In this document: positions 57,831 through 64,000 of the stretch, piece by piece
How the letters are laid out: each line of letters opens with the position of its first letter
How positions within the stretch are numbered: the first letter of the stretch is position 1
Notes under the pieces: model-generated
Databases searched by the model: none
What the model was told of the DNA's origin: nothing
What the model saw: the letters and a program-made list of their open reading frames with translations, nothing else
Source: Octopus sinensis
Lineage: Eukaryota
Assembly: GCF_006345805.1 (NCBI RefSeq)
Contig: NC_043003.1
Span: 101,308,001-101,372,000 of the forward strand
DNA length: 64,000 nt
Direction of reading: 5' to 3'
Position numbers and translations under genes: made by a program

Positions 57831-60404
57831 ACTTCGAAATAGAGATATTAATATATATATATATTATAACATAATGAAACTTACCAAATGAAAAATTTCG
57901 TGTATTCTGTGGCAGATGTCCTTTTTTTCCGCTTGGTATCTTTATCCAAGAAACAGGTATATGTACAATTAACGGTTCTTTCTTTGATGTTTAGACTAGT
58001 CTTTTGTTAGATATTGTTTTTAGCTATTTCAAAAAAAACTATTTTAACCCTGACTCATGAAAATACGTCAGTGAAACCGACGTAAACAACAATAGAAAAA
58101 AAAAGGCCAGTAACGATGATGATAATGATGACGATGATGATGAAGAACAATTCCTTTTAAAAGAGAAAAAAATATAAACTCCTAACAAAAAGAAAGATTT
58201 TTATGATGAAGTGAGATCAATAAGGCACATTTCGGTCAATTAAAAAAGTTTTAAAGTGACCTTGTCAAACCAGATAATTGTGAGGATTCCATTGATCCAT
58301 GTCTGCAGGGGTTTATGTTAAAAACTGAACAGAAAATTAAAGGGATGTGAGAGCAGAAATAGGATTATCACAGACTTTAAATAAATTTGTTTATCATCGA
58401 TACATACGAGAGGAATTTAAAAGTATGGTGGGAGAGTCTAAACATATAAACATACACAATAAAAAGAAAAGTAATATATACACATACACACACAAAGGGA
58501 GACCTTCAACAGTACAAGTTAAAATATGGTTTACATAAGAAAACTTGAACTTAGCGAAATTAAAGATTCAAAAGGAAAGCTTACAGATCTGCATTGTGGA
58601 TGTGTGTTTGTGGGTGGGTTGCCACAAGAATTGTTTTCTATGTGCCAGTAATGGAATTGTCAAAAAGACAGTCGGACATGCACTTATTCAGGATACACAT
58701 ACAAAAATGAGTCTAAATACTCTGTATTTTTTAGTAATGTAATATTGGCTTTATTCTCTGATCACACTTGTTTTCTGTGTATGAAGAAGAGTAGCAGAGA
58801 AAAAGATCCGCTGCTCTATATGAACCAGGGCGAGAACCACAATAGAGAGGAATTAAGTTTCCAGAGTAGAAGAAACAGTAATCAGTCATATTAACACTCG
58901 ATGACCGATCCTCTCTGAAAATTCACCCTTATGATACGCAGGATACATGTTAGCAGTGCTCTATTTCATAATATTGCACTAATCTTGTAGGCAGCTTAGT
59001 TAATATCTTCAATAAAATAACCGAAGGTCTGGGTTAGCTCTGTTTTGGCGGCGGAGGGGGACTACGATGTTGTGTAATAAACCCAAAACTATGACAGTTG
59101 TTTTGATTTGTTCTTCAGCAGAAAAAATGAAAATAGGAATATTTAGAATGTGTTTCTAAGTTAAGGAAAACGTTTGTGCACGTTGCGGCATACGTTAGAT
59201 GTGATCAGGAAGGGATGGAGATGAAAGCTAAAAAATATTCGTCAAAGTTGGTGAAATGGAAGTAACAACTGGAGACATTATCGAAATTTGTAACAGTCCT
59301 TCGACATATACACACAGTTGCAGTAACTGTTTATTTTATTTCATTTTATTTATTATTTTTTCTAAGAGAATAATGCACTATACTAGGGTGGCTGTTTTGT
59401 AAGTGAAGCCTGCTGGGGATAACGATGTTAGGAAAGACTATGACAGGTGTGTAGGGGACAGAAAATAAAGTAAATAGATTGTCGGTGTGTCGTCAATAAC
59501 ATATATTCATTACTGTTTAAAAAGTAAGAAAACCCTGTCGTAAGAACAGATTTGGGGTATTAGTGATAATAAACCAGTTGCAAGCAACAGTTCGTTTGAT
59601 GCCAATCACTTGGATCACAGCCATAGAACATGTTTACAATTCGCTGTTCCGACTAACACATAGACACGTTTCCGTGACATAACTTCAAATTCGACAATAA
59701 TATTAACAAATTATGAAAAGCTAATATCACATCCTGAACATTTTCACCATTTTTTCCTCGTCTCCTTCTCTGGTTTTCATGTTAATCGCAATCCCAGAAC
59801 TGTTGTTATTACGTCGAATGGATTATTATTCCTTTACATCATGGCGAAATTGCAGCCCATAATACAACCCAAATCCGGGATTGTAATTTACTGACATCAA
59901 AAATATAACAAATAAAATGCTTTAGAATTATGAATACTTGAATTTAAATTTTTATTACTATTTTTTTTTTATTTTAGATAAAGTATAATTTTTTTTTCTT
60001 TCTACAAAACAATATTTTTTCATTTCCGGATGTTACTGCGCCATACACTGGCGAATACTTGCTATATCGGAAATAGTTGACTCTCTGTTTTTGAATGTAG
60101 AGAAATATTCCTTTAAATAAATCATTTTTTATCTGTTGCCAAATTACATTCCTGGAAAGTTTTTGTATTGTTTTTGACACTACGTAAAGAAAGTTTATCG
60201 TTATTACAAACATATTTCACATATATTCTCTTCATATCACCGAAATGAGATAAAGGAAATTGTACAACAGTAGTTAATACCAAAGTTTAAATGTTTTGTT
60301 CTTTTTAAACAGATGTATGCGAAAGTGGTTAAAAAGTACATTGTCTTAAAATATCCCTAATTAGATATGTGATGCTCATCTTGTTTCATATTCCTTTCTA
60401 CAAC

Positions 60405-60603
60405 AGGCACAAGGCCTGAAATTTGGGGGGGGGAGCTAGTCGATTACATCCACCCTATTGCTCGACTGGCATTTATTTTATAGATATTGAGAGGATGAAG
60501 GGCAAAGTCGACGCCAGCGAAATTTGAACTCAGAACTTAAAGACGGATGAAACGCTGCTAAGCATTTTGCCTGCCGTGCTAACGATTCTGCCAGGTAGCC
60601 GCT
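60405..60603 (-). mobile_element. SINE family A
   Basis: Reverse complement aligns to 103-318. Confidence 0.75.
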
Positions 60604-60667
60604 TTCATCTTGTCTCACACAGAACATTTCGACTAAGGGAAAAATATGAGACAAGCGATTAATTTCC

Positions 60668-61290
60668 ATTTCATCGGCAATACTAAAGCGTTTGACCCGA
60701 GAAAAAAATCAAAAGAAAAATAGTGTAATAGGTGTAAAACAACTTGCTCTATACGAATATGACCAAAAGAATGCGCGCTCGTGAAAGGGGGGTGGGGGAG
60801 AGGACTCGGAAAATTCACATCGACAGTCCATGGCTTTTAAACTACAGTGTTTGACCCGAGCCGGAAAAAAGAAAAAATTGTGTAATAGGTTTAAAACTAC
60901 TTGCTCTATGCGTATATGACCCAAAAAATGTGCGCTCGTGAAAGGTGGTGGGTGGTGGGGGAGAGGACTCGGAAAATTCACATCGACAGTCCATGGCTTT
61001 TAAACTACAGTGTTTGACCCGAGCCGGAAAAAAGAAAAAATTGTGTAATAGGTTTAAAACTACTTGCTCTATGCGTATATGACCCAAAAAATGTGCGCTC
61101 GTGAAAGGGGGGTGGGGGAGAGGACTCGGAAAATTCACATCGACAGTCCATGGCTTTTAAACTACAGTGTTTGACCCGAGCCGGAAAAAAGAAAAAATTG
61201 TGTAATAGGTTTAAAACTACTTGCTCTATGCGTATATGACCCAAAAAATGTGCGCTCGTGAAAGGTGGTGGGTGGTGGGGGAGAGGACTC
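60668..61290. repeat. About 160-bp tandem repeat, about 4 units, ABAB higher-order structure
   Basis: GTGAAAGG at 60781, 60938, 61101 and 61258 (spacing 157/163/157). Confidence 0.92.
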
Positions 61291-61920
61291 CTCATAATTC
61301 ACTTTTTAATTTTAAGGAAGATTTATTTTCAACTTTTAGCAGGTTAAGTAACCACGGAGATCCTTTACTGCACTGGTTCCCAACCGATTTTTGACTATGC
61401 CCCACTGAATCGTTTCTAAAATCCTGATGCCCCTCTGTGATATTTAATTTGGTTAGCATATATTATGATTATAAAGAAGTTTGTGGGTAAAATCTTTTCC
61501 AAGGGAGTGGGGAGAGGACTTCGGAAAATTCACAAGATCCGAGTTTTTCCTTTGAAACTGTTAGGAAAATGTGTTTTTTTTTATTGAAATATTTATTTAA
61601 ATACCTTTCAAACGGCATACATTACTATCATAAAATAATTTGTGGGGAAAATCTTGAGGTAGGGAGAGGACTTTCGGAAAATTCCCAAGATCCGAATTTT
61701 TCCTCGTTATATTCCAAAATCACATTGAACTTTCTACAGATACCTTAGCATAGTACTTTTACACTACGTAGTGTTTTTTCCACCCACTTTCAATAATTTT
61801 TAATGTTTTGGCTTCAATTTTGTTTCATTTTATCTTCAATTATTTTTACGCTTTTTTAACCCCTCCATCGTTGTTCTCATTTACTCGTTGTTACTTTATC
61901 TATCTATATATATATAGTAG

Positions 61921-62290
61921 GTACTGCAAATTTAGGGTGAATACTCCTGTGAAGTAATTACCGAATTAAACACTCTTACGTACATTCGGTGCTCATCCGT
62001 CTGGAAATCTAGGTTCTATAACCACCGGTCATCCTTTAGACTCAAACATAAGGCTAATTGTACATCTTTATCACGTAGGATTTGGGAACTTAAGGACAAA
62101 AATATCAAATTTAACCTTAGATGGTCCATAGTTGGATCGGCAGCAACTTATAAAAATAATAGAACTATGCTGCTTAGAACTACTAAAAATCATTAAATTC
62201 CCGGATAAAGACAAACTAGTTAATAAAAGATCTGAATTCAAACCAACTTGCATGCATAAATTAATCCTTAAATTTCCATTTTAATCCCAT
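61921..62290 (+). pseudogene. Penelope-like GIY-YIG endonuclease C-terminal fragment
   Basis: TYIRCSSVWKSRFYNHRSSFR...SLSRRIWELKDK..RWSIV, then (frameshifted) LVNKRSEFKPTCMH. The AT/C-rich tail continues to about 62670. Confidence 0.75.
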
Positions 62291-62679
62291 CATTGGAATT
62301 TCCATAATCTACTCCTCCATCCTGCCACTATGTAGGCATTGGATTAACTACTCCTAGTCTTACCCCCAACTACTTACTTAATAAGCTTACCTTCACCTTA
62401 ATAAACTCTAACCCCAGATAGTATGCACATACCATTCAATTTGGAAAATTTATACTTACTTATACTTATCTATATAGAGCATAGATAAATAATCTAACCA
62501 TTGTCTCTATAATTTAGTATATCACTACCAACAAACACTAATAACTTCATTAATATCTTTAAACTAGTAATATTGGGTAAATAAGTACCTAGAATCTTTT
62601 AGCTTCATACATTCTCTAACAATCAAAATAAGAGTATAATTTACATAAGTAGATAATCTAGAAATCTCTCCAACCAACA

Positions 62680-63518
62680 TCATCATCATTTAGCATCCGC
62701 TTTCCATGCTAGCATGGGTTGGACGGTTCAACTGGGGTCTGTGAAGCCAGAAGGCTGCATCAGGCCCAGTTTGATCTGGCAGTGTTTCTACAGCTAGATG
62801 CCCTTCCTCATGCCAACCACTCCGTGAGTGTAGTGGGTGCTTTTTACATGCCACCCGCACAGGTGCCAGACGGAGCTGGCAAATGGCCACGGACGGATGG
62901 TGCTTTTTACGTACCACCAGCACGGGGCCAGGCGAGGCTGGCAACGGCCACGAACGGATGGTGCTTTTTACGTGCCACCGGCACGAAGCCAGTCTGGGCG
63001 GCGCTGGCAACGGCCACAATCGGATGGTGCTTTTTATGTGCCACCAGCACGAGGCCAGTCGGGGCAGCGCTGGCAACGGCCACGTTCGGATGGTTCTCTT
63101 ACGTGCCAGCGGCACTGGTAACTCAGCTGCAATTTCCATTGATCGATTTCGATTCTGATTCTCACTTGCCTCAACAGGTCTTCACAAGTAGAGTTTTGTG
63201 TCCCAAGAAGGGAAGGTATGCATAAGTGGGCTGGCTACATCTCATGTAGAAGGCCACAGGTTATGGTCTCACTTGTCCTGCCGGGTCTTCTCGCGCACAG
63301 CATACTTCCAGAGGTCTCGGTCTCTAGTCATTTCCTCGGTGAGACCTAAAGTTCAAAGGTCATGCTTCACCACCTCGTCCCAGGTTTTCCTGGGTCTGCC
63401 TCTTCCACAGGTTCCCTCAACCGCTAGGGTGTGGCACTTTTTCACACAACTATCTTCATCCGTTCTCGCCACATGCCCATACCAGCGCAAACGTCTCTCT
63501 TGCACACCACGTCTGCAA
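62680..63518 (-). mobile_element. RTE 3' end (ORF C-terminus + UTR + tail)
   Basis: Minus strand reads RRGVQERRLRWYGHV...GRGRPRKTWDEVVKHDL followed by the UTR units. Confidence 0.92.
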
Positions 63519-63719
63519 CCAATATATATTATATTGTAATATTATAATAATATTATGATCACTAGTATTATTGCGATTATTATAATCTTTTCTTTGTATT
63601 TTTTCTTATTTTATTTTATTTTCTAATTTTTTATCCTTTATGTTTTATATTTACATTTAAATTATTAATTAATTAAAACTGTTATATCCCCCGAAACAAG
63701 ATAGACACTTAGAAGATGT

Positions 63720-63927
63720 GATGTATGTGTGTGTATATACATGAATCTATGGGCGTGAATGTATGAAGATTTATACACAGTGGGATGTATATGTATGCGT
63801 GTGTGTATATGTGTGTGTGCATGTATATATATGGGGATATATATGTATGTGTGTATGCATGTGTGTATGTATATGTGTATATGTATGTGCATATGTATAT
63901 ATATATATATACATGCATTTGTGGGTG

Positions 63928-63968
<41 letters not shown>

Positions 63969-63980
63969 ATGTGTATCATA
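63720..63980. repeat. (TG/TA)n compound microsatellite
   Basis: Low-complexity sequence. Confidence 0.9.
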
Positions 63981-64000
63981 CTCTCTTTACTCTCTTCTAC

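Noticed and set aside
58260-58850. Decayed coding relic with faint resemblance to P2X7-C-terminal/KolX-like or SWIM-like Cys motifs
   Set aside because: The similarity requires stitching frames and has multiple stops; it cannot be supported without a profile search.
61960-62670. Possible mitochondrial insertion (AT/C-rich, mtDNA-like composition)
   Set aside because: Translation gives a Penelope GIY-YIG C-terminus; no mitochondrial gene or tRNA was recognisable.

Overview
Eukaryotic, very repeat-rich genomic DNA, most likely from an octopus or other coleoid cephalopod. That assignment is an inference from the recognisable SINE, RTE and microsatellite landscape. One host gene is recognisable: a minus-strand exon (11054-11160, clean AG and GTAAGT splice sites) encoding MATSNVPRHDFAPSWLKIP..., the N-terminus of the vasculin/GPBP1 family. 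A candidate CpG-rich first exon lies near 19425-19560, and the gene runs off the left edge. The rest is mostly transposable elements: a near-intact RTE LINE with one nonsense codon plus many 3' fragments, three CR1-group LINEs, several Penelope-like element (PLE) relics, a decayed Gypsy provirus, five mariner/Tc1-family relics, a piggyBac pseudogene, a Merlin-like MITE family with 8-bp TSDs, Helitron-like elements, tRNA-type SINEs and long (TA)n/(CA)n tracts. The most striking unannotated signal is about a dozen type I hammerhead-ribozyme-like motifs in short PLE-type terminal sequences. Most have a loop-less palindromic stem III, and together they show three Watson-Crick versions of the 3-8 core pair (C3-G8, U3-A8, G3-C8) plus U4C variants. 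Several sit in long inverted repeats, and one lies sense-oriented in the putative first intron of the vasculin-like gene. All structures were read by eye and none has been tested computationally or experimentally.
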